DNA from: Hamiltosporidium tvaerminnensis FI-OER-3-3
Taxonomy: Eukaryota; Fungi; Microsporidia
Assembly: GCA_022605425.2 (NCBI GenBank)
Contig: CM061248.1
Location: forward strand, 1,240,001-1,304,000
Direction of reading: 5' to 3'
Length of the DNA stretch: 64,000 nt
Shown: positions 39,650 through 51,118 of the stretch, piece by piece
Layout of the letters: each line of letters begins with the position of its first letter
How positions within the stretch are numbered: the stretch's first letter is position 1
Translations under genes and position numbers: made by a program
The notes under the pieces: generated by a model
The model's database searches: none
What the model was told of the DNA's origin: nothing
Seen by the model: the letters and a program-made list of their open reading frames with translations, nothing else

Positions 39650-41400
39650 TTTTTTTTGATTGAGATTAAATAAAATTACAGGTTGTATATTTCTATATAA
39701 ACCGGAAATAAAAAATAAAATTTGATTCTTTTTCATTGATTCTTATGTTTTTACATGTGAATAGCTCTATTTGTGCATTTTTGAAACATATTTTTCAAAT
39801 TTAGAACAATTTTCGATTGATTTATATTCTTTGCAATAACCGTTTGACACGCCTAATGTTGGTAAGCAACTATTGTCAATTTGAGTAATTTTCTTCCTAT
39901 ATTTGTCACGATTTTTAATCATTGGCTCGATCAGCCTCAGGTTCTACGACTAACCGGAGAAAAAAGTCTCGTGTACAAATATTTTCTCTTATGTTTGCCT
40001 GTGCAAAACCTAAATATTCATAATAGCTAAATCAAGGATATTGCAAAATACTTAAAGTGAATATCAGCAAGACTTAGGTTATGTTGAGTTTTCTCAACTT
40101 ATGATGAATAAACCTCCATTAAATTTGCTTTCATTTTAATATAAAGGATCTCGAGATAAAATTTTCATTGTTTAAAAGAGTAAACGATTCATGTTAAGAA
40201 CACTAAATAAATACCTTTTTTGGAAATAATTTTAGAGTTATAAGAAACCAATTATTTATTGAAATCTCTAATATAAACCGTGAAATAACGTTTTTTTTCT
40301 TTCTGTTTTAGGTAACTCTCTTTTATTGAGTCGTATTCTTCAATCACAAGAGTTTTTATTTTCATCAGTTGCGGTTCGAAGGATTTGTTTTTAAGAAAGC
40401 TCTTATATTTAAGAGTATACCTGAAGCTGCATTCATTCCTTGGGGTTTGATACACATTCTCAGAAATGATACCTAGGTAAGCTTTTTTGTCTTTCCCAGG
40501 GGTATCGAAAGACATGTAAAATGTACGTGCTTCGAATTCTCATACAAGAAAATTACAAATTCATCAAAGTTATAAGGTTTTGGTAGGTAAATCTACCGCT
40601 TATTTAATTAGAAAACAGTTGTTTGTCTATTATGATGTTAGCTCTTGACTTAAAACATTTTAAGTCGTTTGCAATTAATTTCAAATCAATTATTTTACAC
40701 TACTTTTTAATTTTTTTAAGCGTTGAAATTAATCACTCTTTTTTTCTCAAAACGGAATTATTCAAGAATCAAATTAAATTTCTTTTTACATAGTTCTGAA
40801 AAAAAAGAACCATTTTTTATATACACCAAAGAAACATTTAAATTATTTGCTTTATATGTGTTCCTCTTATATAAAATTATAATCCATATATCTTAATTCT
40901 GTTTGGAAAATTTTAATTTGTTCCTAACACTATCTTCGCTTCTTTTTATGTAAATATCTTTATACAGTATTTTTCATTATTGCTTATCCCCATTTAAAAT
41001 TTCGTACTACTTTTATAAATTATAATGTAGCGTTTTGAATATTCCATCACCTTGTTTTTCTTCTAAATGCTATAAAACCTTTTACGATGTATCACATATT
41101 TCTATTATTTTACACGATTCCATCAATTCAATTGCCTCTTAGTTTTTCTTTATCTCGTCTTCAGCATATGAGAGTAATTTATTCATTCTATATTAAAAAA
41201 AGTTCCTTTTCATCTCAGTACTTATTTATTCAAAATATTAGTCTAAATATTCATTATCGTTCCCAACCAGTATTTCTTTATTTTCTAAGAAATAATCTTT
41301 ATTAGTTTCTATTATTTCCGTTTGTTTATTAATATATTTTAATAGATGTTTGCTTGGTTGAAATTCTTCGAGCCAGAGAGAACTAACATAACTGTACAAT
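39650..41400 (-). pseudogene. Possible decayed gene of unknown family
   Basis: 87-codon ORF 40252-40515 with protein-like composition inside a longer coding-like minus-strand tract. No recognisable motif. Confidence 0.3.
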
Positions 41401-42699
41401 AAAATCAAGTTTTATATGTTGTTTAAGCTTGATTTACTTTTCCTTACGGAAAAATACTACTTCTAATATAAACTATTAGCAACTTTCTTGTAATTTTAAT
41501 AAAATTTTATTCTGAATTTACTAGAAACGCAAAAGTTTATTCAGAAATGCAATTAAAAGAATACAATTGCATATTACACATCAACAGAATACTTTATGAT
41601 ACAATAACCTTTATAAATTAATAAGTTGTACTCCCGCTTATTTATTTGGCAAGTTTTAATATAAATGGTTAGTCAGTTTATACGAATAAAATTACCAAAG
41701 AAAAAAGTCTCAAATATATTCTTGATCGTAAATTAATAATAGAAAATGTCATTTAGTAAAACTTGAAAGATATATTACATTATTAATATACGTTTCTATA
41801 AAAAAAATTATATCCCGGTCAAAAGACCGGTCATGATATATCTGTTGTAAAGACCCATAAACTACTAAAGTAATAACACTTATATAAGCGCTTTAATTTT
41901 GTGTTTTTAAGCAATAAAGAAATGTTTTAAAGAAGATAAGATTATATCTTCATAAAATAATTCTACCAAAAATCAAAAATTTAAAGTTTTAATTTGCACC
42001 ATCTGGTTTTGATAGCAGACAGTTCTTATTTAATACCACAATATTATATTGATTATTCAAATACGTATCTTCATGTTTACTTCTAAAGCAGATTCTACAT
42101 AGGAAGCAAAAAGTAGATGTATTTTTGGCTGATTTGAAGAGATCTTGATATTATATATCAAGAAGAGGCCAATAAAAAAATAGTAGAGAATTAAAATTCA
42201 ATTAATTAAAGAGAAGAGCTGAATTATTTAATATCAAAAAAAAACTGGAATTTAAAAAATTAATATTAGGTACAAAAATTAAATTAAAAGTTTAAAGATT
42301 CGACTAAAAATTATCTATTTTTTTGATTAATATACCGCCAAATTAAATTAATGAAAAAATATTTAATTTATAAGAGAAGAGGCTTGTCTTGGGTTTTATA
42401 CTTCTCACATTTCAAAAACATTTTCTAAATATCGTTTAGAGCTTTTCAGATTGGCTTACGTAACTTTTTTTACTTTATTGGTTTCATCAAAATCTTATTT
42501 TCGTACATTTTTTCGTTAAATTTTATTTCTTTGTTAAACGTCGACAATATAAAATCAGTTCCTTGTGTTTTAAGATATAAATGATGTAACATTCTTCGTA
42601 TTTAATTTATAATTATTGAAAAAATGGATTTAAGCATTCCGGTTTATTAATTATTTATGTCAAAATACATCTGTAAATATTATAAATACTTCTTATTTT

Positions 42700-43420
42700 T
42701 ATATCAGTAACACAATTTATATTTTTTTAATGACATTAATGGGTTTCTGGGTTATAAAAGGCATAACAACTTCATCAACAAACCATCGGTATCCTCTAAG
42801 AAACCTTCATATCATAGCCTTTAATCCGAAAGATAAGTAGAACGCATTAGATAACCAAGGCAGGTGTATGAAGTTCGTTAATGTCCGTTACATGGGGTCT
42901 GGGTGTAAATCAAAAACCGCACTGGACTTTCCAAGATTATGCAAAATTCTCACTTCTTCTATACTTGCTGAACCGAATGAAGATCCAGTTAAGATACATC
43001 TCAATGACATGTGTAAGGGCCATCTAGATAGTGCAATATCATAATTATAGAGTATAATCTGCTACTTTACCTTCGAGGTTTACAATTGGTTTCAGTCCCG
43101 TATTTTTATGGTAAGAAGACCTTTAGATGTGTGAGCAAGCCTAGGTTTCTATGCTTTTACATGGTAATTACCTATAATTTCAGCTTCAGTCTTCGATCTA
43201 ATTGAATGAAAAACAGAAAAATAAATTTGTAGAAAAAGTTTCGCCATTTTTTAAATCATATCCCCCTCACACAAAATCTAATGAACACCCAATGACTTAA
43301 TGGGGGTTCCTTCTTCCAGAAAAATTTAAACAATGATTTCATACATCAATTTTCTCTATTAATTACCAATAAATGGTTTTTTTGGTTATCTTCCTTCCAC
43401 CAAATAAAAATCAAAGAATA
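42700..43420 (-). repeat. Diverged full-length copy of the ~700-bp dispersed family (copy D)
   Basis: Reverse complement has the GGTGGAAGGAAGATAACC head, TAGGTAATTACCATGTAAAAGCATAGAAACCTAGGCTTGCTCAC, AACGGACATTAACGAACT and ATTAATGTCAT in family order. Confidence 0.85.
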
Positions 43421-43567
43421 AATAACTAACTCCGCGGCGATACAGCACTGGACTAAAAATAAATACAAATTTAAATTTTTAAAAATAAATTTATTTTAAA
43501 CTTTTCATCAAAAAATAATAAAAAAGAATATAAATTACAATTTAAAATATAATTATTCTTTAAAAAC

Positions 43568-45328
43568 TCAAAGTTTATTTTCTATAAATATAAGTTCTTT
43601 GCGTCGATTCAGTAAATATTTTTCAGTTATAAAACTGTGTATTTCTCCATCAGTTCGAATTTCTTTATTACAAACATATTTCATAGAAACACATTTATCT
43701 TCAACTTTTTCAAAAATTTTAATTATTTTTTTTTCTTGGAAAATTAAATATATTTTTTCATCTTCTGATATGTAATAATCTTTGATATTTGCAACACAAA
43801 GAAGGGGTATTGTTATTTCTTCTTCAAAGTTGAAACTATATATTGTATCTTTTACAATGAAATAGACTTTTCCATTCAAAAATTTAAATTTTTTACAAAA
43901 ACTGTATTTATTACCATCGTAATTAAATTTATCAGAACTTAAATCTCTAAAACGTTCATTTTCTGCTAAAATTAAATAATTTTCGATATCAAATACAGCT
44001 TTTATAGAATCCGAAACAAAAAAATGTACATTACTGGCATCCAGCCTGTAAAGCATATTTTTACATCGGAAATACAAATTATTGAATTTGTCAGTGTAAA
44101 TATTTTGTATTTTATTAGAAAATATAATTAGAAATTCATTCACTTCTTCAAAAGAATTTTCTAAAATTTTATATTTTTTTACGACATAAAAATTTCTTTC
44201 ATTTTCTCTTTTCTCTAAAAACAATAGAAATAAATAAAATTTTGATAAAAATATGTTTTCTATTTGCTTTTTTACTTTAAAAATTTTTGATATTTTTTTA
44301 CTTTCTAAATCATAAAACATCACCATATTTTTTTTATAAAATATTAGTTTTTGTCTTTCTTTGGTTTCTTTGATATAAAAATCTTTGTTTAAAATATTTT
44401 CAAAAATAATTTTTGTTTCATTTTTTTTTAAATTTAAAATATCTTTTCCAACTTTTTTTTCTAATGGTTTTGTTTTTGACGTATCTAAAAGTAAAAATTT
44501 ATTTATTTTTCCAAGAGTATAAAATACAGATTCAAGCATACCAGTATCTCTTCCATAAAGATATACAAATATATCAGTTAACACTACAAAATATAAACCG
44601 TGTATTCTAATAGAAATAAAATTTCCTTCGTATTCAAATAAAAAACTTTTTTTAAAAATTTTAAAATCGTATCTAAGAACAGTTCTATTATCACAAGTAC
44701 TCAATATAAATGTTTCAGACGGATCAATAATTAAATTAATTACCTTATTTGAATGCCAATGATAAAAATCAAGACATTTCTTGGTATTTTTATCATAAAT
44801 AAATATTTTATTTGAATTGTCACTTAAAACAATAAAATTGTTAGAAATATCAAATGAAACAATACTTTTCTTTTCTAAAATTTCAAAAATTTCATTATTT
44901 TTCAAATTATAAGAAAATAAAGAATTTTCAGTTGCAAAATACAAATAGAAACCTTTAAAAATATAAAAATATACATTTAAATTTTCCAATAAACTTTTTT
45001 CATCATTTTTTAAACAAAAACTATCATCAATTCTTTCAATAAAATATATTTCACCATCAAAGTAATAAAAATCATCAGATTTTTCTAATTTTTTATTTGA
45101 AAAATTCATAATTTTTTTATAAAAATCGTTATTTTTTATAAAAAGTTCTTTTCGTTTAATTGCAAATATTTTGTTATCAATAATTTTATAAAAATATTCT
45201 TTTGAATTTATATTTTCATATTTCATATCTTTTTTATCATCTGTAATTGAATATACAGCATTGTCTCGTAAAATTTTTATTTTTCCGTTTTCATAAAATG
45301 TATCTAAATTTTTTCCCGTTATAAGCAT
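43568..45328 (-). CDS. WD40/beta-propeller protein, possibly Utp17/Nan1/WDR75 (SSU processome)
   Basis: 586-aa ORF with CCCC upstream of ATG. WD-like segments (SIVSFDISNNFIVLSDNSNKIFIYD) followed by YHWHSNKVINL, resembling the HWH motif of WDR75/Utp17. The family call is tentative. Confidence 0.75.
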   Translation of the reverse strand: MLITGKNLDTFYENGKIKILRDNAVYSITDDKKDMKYENINSKEYFYKIIDNKIFAIKRKELFIKNNDFYKKIMNFSNKKLEKSDDFYYFDGEIYFIERIDDSFCLKNDEKSLLENLNVYFYIFKGFYLYFATENSLFSYNLKNNEIFEILEKKSIVSFDISNNFIVLSDNSNKIFIYDKNTKKCLDFYHWHSNKVINLIIDPSETFILSTCDNRTVLRYDFKIFKKSFLFEYEGNFISIRIHGLYFVVLTDIFVYLYGRDTGMLESVFYTLGKINKFLLLDTSKTKPLEKKVGKDILNLKKNETKIIFENILNKDFYIKETKERQKLIFYKKNMVMFYDLESKKISKIFKVKKQIENIFLSKFYLFLLFLEKRENERNFYVVKKYKILENSFEEVNEFLIIFSNKIQNIYTDKFNNLYFRCKNMLYRLDASNVHFFVSDSIKAVFDIENYLILAENERFRDLSSDKFNYDGNKYSFCKKFKFLNGKVYFIVKDTIYSFNFEEEITIPLLCVANIKDYYISEDEKIYLIFQEKKIIKIFEKVEDKCVSMKYVCNKEIRTDGEIHSFITEKYLLNRRKELIFIENKL

Positions 45329-45971
45329 TAAAATGGGGTAGAAAATTAAAAAAGATTAAAAAAATATTTTTTTATGAAATATGAACAAAACGCTATTACT
45401 CTTAATGGATCTCTTAATAGATATGTTACTCTTAGATCTCTTACTCTTAAGATACATTGATTTAATAAATTATTTTCTTATAAAATATCAAAAAATAAAT
45501 TTATTCATAAATATAAGGTGAGAAGATACAAATATTCAGATTTTAAAATTTGAAATATTTCTTAAAAAGAAATTTCTTTAGACATAAATATAAGGTTAAC
45601 TATATTTCTTAATCAAAATATTTTTTTATTTTTTTTTTAGAAATTTTAAGAAATTCTTTTATTTTTTTTTAGAAATTTTAAGAAATTCTTTTTGTCTTTA
45701 AATTCTTCTTAGATTTCTTATTACCTTACATTCAAATTATTGGAATATCAAGTATAGTAATTTACAGTCTCTATAATCCTTTTAAAAACTTAAATTAAAA
45801 TTTAATATTTGTGTCTTATAATTGTGTTTTATTTTTAGGAAAGAAAAATTTATTAATAAGACTCTAAATAAACTGAGGTCCTACCATTAAGCTTTTTGAT
45901 TATTTTTATATCTCAAGGGAGTTTAAAGCTTTAAATATATTATTACTAAAAATTAAAAAAAAAGTTAAAAT

Positions 45972-46146
45972 CCTCTTCCCTTATTCTTCCTCTTCCCCTA
46001 TTCTTTCTATTCACTTATTCTTTCTCTTCCCTTATTCTTTCTCTTCACTTATTCTTCCTCTTCCCCTATTCTTTCTATTCACTTATTCTTTCTCTTCCCT
46101 TATTCTTCCTCTATACTTATTCTTCCTCTTCACTTATTCTTTCTCT
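45972..46146 (+). repeat. Pyrimidine-rich 17-18 bp minisatellite (CTTATTCTT(C/T)CTCTTC(C/A)), about ten units
   Basis: Directly visible tandem units, ending ~65 bp upstream of ATG 46213. Confidence 0.9.
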
Positions 46147-46212
46147 ACAACTAAAAAAAAAAATATTTTTTTTTATAAAAAATTTATTGAAGACCAAATG
46201 GAAACCCTTTAA

Positions 46213-47124
46213 ATGATGAAAAATAGCGATTTAAATGAATCTACTTTTCAAAGTAATATAATACAAAGAATACAACATATATTAAAAGAAACAGATATAA
46301 TTAAACAGAAATATGAATGTTTAGAAACAATTATAATTATAAATTCAATAGATTCTACAATTATTCCAAAATTGGCATTAAATATGGATTTTATAAAATT
46401 TTTACAAATTTCTTATAATTTACTTTCAGAAGACGAAGAATATAAATTGTATTTAGAAATTTTAAGTAAATGTTCTTTAATAAAAAGTAAAATGGATGAA
46501 TATAATTTATGGGAATATATTGAAGAAATGGGTAAAAAAGATGTATTTTTTGAAAAAGTTGTACATATTAAGAATCAAGCATGTATAAATACATCAGAAG
46601 ATAATAAACATGTGAAAAGACGAAAGGTTGGAAAAAGAGTGTCATGGTCAGAGAATATAGCAGAGGTAAAGTATATTCCAGTAGTTGATAGTGACAAACC
46701 TTTTAGACATGGTGGATATAGAGAAAAGGATTATAGAGAAGCGGTTGTAATGAAAGTAGATCGAACATCAAACGAATTTGAAGATTTTTTATGGTACAAA
46801 CCACATGTTTTAGATTTGGAAAATAATTTTATTCCGAAAGTAGAAAGTGAAGAAATAAAAATACAAGCAGAGCGAGAAAGTAAAAGTGTAGAAATAAGAA
46901 ATTCTACGGAATACGGTAATAAATTTATACCTTCAGAAGTTTTTGAAGAAGAAACAATTTCTAATGAAACGATTGAAATACCAATTTTTGATTTACGACA
47001 GAAAAATAAAATGACGGAATTAAATATCGGCAATATTGTTTTACATACGAATGAACTTAAAATAACAATTGATGAGGTATTAAATGATCCGAATGTTCTT
47101 CAAAGTATTTTTAATAGAAAATAA
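46213..47124 (+). CDS. PNUTS/PPP1R10 (Ppn1)-like protein phosphatase 1 regulatory subunit
   Basis: 303 aa with CCC upstream. KRRKVGKRVSW (RVxW PP1-docking motif), then WYKP..LD and SEEIKIQAERE, in the order I recall for PNUTS-family proteins. Confidence 0.7.
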   Translation: MMKNSDLNESTFQSNIIQRIQHILKETDIIKQKYECLETIIIINSIDSTIIPKLALNMDFIKFLQISYNLLSEDEEYKLYLEILSKCSLIKSKMDEYNLWEYIEEMGKKDVFFEKVVHIKNQACINTSEDNKHVKRRKVGKRVSWSENIAEVKYIPVVDSDKPFRHGGYREKDYREAVVMKVDRTSNEFEDFLWYKPHVLDLENNFIPKVESEEIKIQAERESKSVEIRNSTEYGNKFIPSEVFEEETISNETIEIPIFDLRQKNKMTELNIGNIVLHTNELKITIDEVLNDPNVLQSIFNRK

Positions 47125-47312
47125 TTTTTTAAGGAAATAAAAATACAATTGATGAGATGTTTTTTTATGATTCAAATGTTCTTCAGAGTATTTTTAAATA
47201 GAATTAGGTTTTTTAAGAGTGAACCGTTTAATTTATTAAAATAAATATTTTCTAATTTCTATTCATTTATCATATTTTTAATCCTAAATATTATATATTA
47301 TTTCTCCAATAA

Positions 47313-48040
47313 GTGGAGGGAGGATAACCACATAAAAAACTTTCTGCTTGGCAATGAGTGTGTGAAACTGGTGTGAGGTCATTGTTTGGATTTTTGGTGG
47401 GAATACAACCACACTACATCTTCGGTTGTTCCATGGGAGTTTGTATGAGGAGGAGAGGTCTAAGAAATGGAGAAACTTTTTCTACAAATTTATTTGTAGT
47501 TTTTTATGTAACCAGATTGCAGACCGCAGCTGAATATGTAGGTAATTGCCATGTAAAAGCATGGAAACCTAGCCTTGCTCACTCGGGTTAGAAGACTTAG
47601 CGCCTGGGAGATATAAAACAAAAAACCAATAAAGCCGGGAGAGCTAAGTAGCAGGTTATACCTGTTGGTATGACATTGCACTGTCTAGGTGGACCCCATG
47701 TAAATCTCTGAAATATATCTTAGCTAGAAGTTTATTGGGTTCAGAAAGTGTAGAGTAAGTGGGAATGCTGCATAGTCTTGGGGGAGCCCAGGGGGGGCTT
47801 CGGCCTTCGATCACACTCCATGCAACGGACATTAACGAACTCCGGGCAACTGCCTCGCCTATTAATTAGGTTCTACACACCTGGTAGATGAAAGGCTTTG
47901 GGACGTAGGTATCGCAGGGGTTACCGATGGAGTGTTGGGGTAGCAGTTATTTATGTTAAACCTAGAACTGCGTTAATGTCATGAAAACAAATATAACACT
48001 TGCCACTGTTTTAAAAAAGATGTGATACTTTTAAATAAAG
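47313..48040 (+). repeat. Full-length copy of the ~700-bp dispersed family (copy B) with candidate TSD
   Basis: Near-identical to copy A. Flanked by TATTTCTCCAAT (47299-47310) and TATTTCTCTAAT (48042-48053). Confidence 0.9.
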
Positions 48041-48113
48041 CTATTTCTCTAATTTTAAAATAAAAAAACTACTTTATTTAAAAATAGAAATTGGGGTAAA
48101 GAAAGTTAAAAGA

Positions 48114-48345
48114 AATTGTTTGCATGAATTTATCTGGAAGTGATAAGATTTATAATTTTTACATCAAGAAACTTACGACTCTTCATAAATAATTGTTTGC
48201 ATGAATTTATCTGGAAGTGATAAGATTTATAATTTTTACATCAAGAAACTTACGACTCTTCATAAATAATTGTATGATATTGTGAAATTTATATGTTTAA
48301 AAGGTAATGGTGGATTGGTTTTTTTGTGGTCTTACGTATTTGATC
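48114..48345 (+). pseudogene. Decayed R4-like reverse transcriptase fragment with an internal 77-bp tandem duplication
   Basis: ATTTATAATTTTTACATCAAGAAACTTACGACTCTTCATAAAT..TATGATATTGTGAAA..TGTGGTCTTACGTATTTGAT matches 58752-58875 (IYNFYIKKLTSLHK..CGLTYLI). Unit repeated at 48114 and 48191. The relic may extend, heavily decayed, to ~49900. Confidence 0.8.
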
Positions 48346-49924
48346 TTAATATTATATCATGATAATGTTCCTTTTACAGATAAATAATCTGTACGAGAAT
48401 TCTTTGTACAAGAAAGTGAGAAGTTTTCAAAATTCGAAAAGCGTGAAGTCATAGTTGAGAAAAAAACTTAATATAAGAGTTATTAACCTTGATAAAATAT
48501 GCTGTGAAACCAACACATGTTTTGATGGAAATTTTAGCATTAAATGATATGGAAACGAAAAATATAAATTGACTTATAAAACCTACGATTATATATACAA
48601 TTATAGTTAATAAAAATTATTGAAACTAGATAATCTTTTGATTAATTTTTTTATCAATAATTAAATTTATTTCCTTATATTAAAAACCTAATTACGTATA
48701 AAGAGAGATATCATGATCGGCTTTGGGGAGAACTCGAGAGGTTTTTTCATTATGTATGAATCTAAAGCTCTAAAAATATCTAAAAAAATATATAAAATAT
48801 GACAATACACACTAATATAGTTCTTTGATGAAAAAAAATTCTCTAATTAGTTATTTCTGGCTGCTTGAAAACGATGAATAAGCTTTAATAAACAAAAAAA
48901 GCCTTAAAGTTTTTCATAATGAAAATAAAATTGATCAAAAAATATAGTATAGGATGTATATTTGAAGTATTTGTTAAATCCAAGAAGATTTAAAATATAC
49001 AAAATAAACTTAACTTGAATTATATAAGATTATATAAACAAAAGCATTTTTTACAAATTAAAGAAAATTTGTCTTTTAATCATACTTTTTTTATATTTAT
49101 GAAATTATAAAATATGATAAACATCAAATAGTTTTAACTCATTTTTTCTTAATATTAACTAAATAATTTTTCAGTTCTTATGATGCTTCTTTTATTTTAA
49201 AGAACTATAAAATCTTAATCTATTAAATTTATAAATCAAAAAAAGATTTATTAAAAAAAATATTTGTTTTAGAATATTACAATATATAAATCAATGTGCT
49301 GTTACATTTATAAAACATAAAATGTTATCGTATTTGTCTTTTATTAATAACAGACATTAAACTTCAATTTAAATATTTAAAATTGGGTCTCAAAAGCCAA
49401 ATTTGAATAAGTACAACTATAATATCTTTCTAAATAAATGTAAAGTACTAGAGACTAATCTCAATACTTTAAACTATAAACAATAAGCTTATTGGTATCT
49501 TTGATTCAACAAGATAACTCAATAATTTGGCATTAAACTGCTGCCTCAGATTGTTTCTTATATTTCCAGAATAAGAATAAATGACCAACAGAGGCGAAGA
49601 AAAATATAAAACGAAGAAATTTCTATAATTCACTAAAAATTAGTCCTCTAATAGAACAAATGTACATAAATTACCTCTTATTTATTGTAACATCTCCATA
49701 CCACAATCATACTGTGTTGGAATATAAATCAAAGTTTTCCAAACTATTATGAATTATTTAATTGCTGAAATATTAAAGCAGTATTCTAAAATAAGAGTTG
49801 ACACCTGAAAAAAACTAGTATATCGAGAATTCTTTACAATGAGAATAAAAGACGAATCGTATGAAGATAAATTTAATTAAAGAAAAATATTATTTCAAGA
49901 GTTTTCTTTACGATATTGCTTACA

Positions 49925-50090
49925 CATATTAAATATCTTAAATATCTTTAATATCTTAAGAATCTTAAATATATTAAATATCTTAAATATCTTTAATATC
50001 TTAAGAATCTTAAATATATTAAATATCTTAAATCTCTTAAATATATTAAATCTCTTAAATATATTAAATATCTTAAATATCTTAAATATA
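49925..50090 (+). repeat. 9-bp minisatellite (ATATCTTAA variants)
   Basis: Directly visible tandem units. Confidence 0.9.
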
Positions 50091-50722
50091 AAGAATTAAG
50101 GTTTTATTATTAAAAAAAGTCCCGTTTAAAGATGAAGTATAAATTTAAGTTCTTTTTATTGACATATGATGATAATAAAATAATTGTTTATTTAAAAACC
50201 AAAAACATAAATTAGAATAGAAACTATATTTACTCAATAGTACGGTAAAAAAAGGATTTAATTTGTTTTTTATGATTCATATCTGAAATTAAATCTATTG
50301 AGAAATACAATGAAAATATAAAAAATACATACAAAAATTCAAAAGAATCCGAGATGAAGTAAAACCAATAACTTTGATATAAAAAAAAGCCTTTTCAAGT
50401 TTAAAAAGCTATACTTTTTTTAATATTTAAACTATTACCAAGTATAAAATGTAACAAAACAAAACATTTTTCTAAATTATTTAAAATAATAAAAATCAAA
50501 AATAGTTTGAATATTGTTATGATTAAAGAAAAATAAAAATATGAATTACTAATTCATAATTTAAATAAGAAATTGGTTATTTTTTTATTGAAATCTATAA
50601 GTAAAAAATATCATATAATCTATTTTAAATAACAGAATATTACATCTGTATCATAATATTATCAAAATGACATACTAAAACATATCTAAAATTCTATCAT
50701 GTCTCTACTAAAATACAATCTT

Positions 50723-51050
50723 TAAATCATATATTATTTAAATGCCATACATATATCTTACAATTCTATCTTTAATCATAATTAAAATCTCTAAATCATA
50801 AATTATTTAAATGCCATACATATATCTTACAATTCTATCTTTAATCATAATTAAAATCTCTAAATCATAAATTATTTAAATGCTATACATATATCTTACA
50901 ATTCTATCTTTAATCATAATTAAAATCTCTAAATCATAAATTATTCAAATGCCATACTAAAATATATCTTACAATTCTATCTTTAATCATAATTAAAATC
51001 TCTAAATCATAAATTATTCAAATGCCATACTAAAATATATCTTACAATTC
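50723..51050 (+). repeat. 69-bp minisatellite, ~4.6 units (later units carry a 4-bp insertion)
   Basis: AATGC(C/T)ATAC recurs at 50741, 50810, 50879, 50948, 51021. Confidence 0.92.
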
Positions 51051-51118
51051 ATCTTCTCTCCACCAAAATAAAATCTTGAATTATTTTTTATTTTAAAGCT
51101 TTTATTTGAAACACCCTT

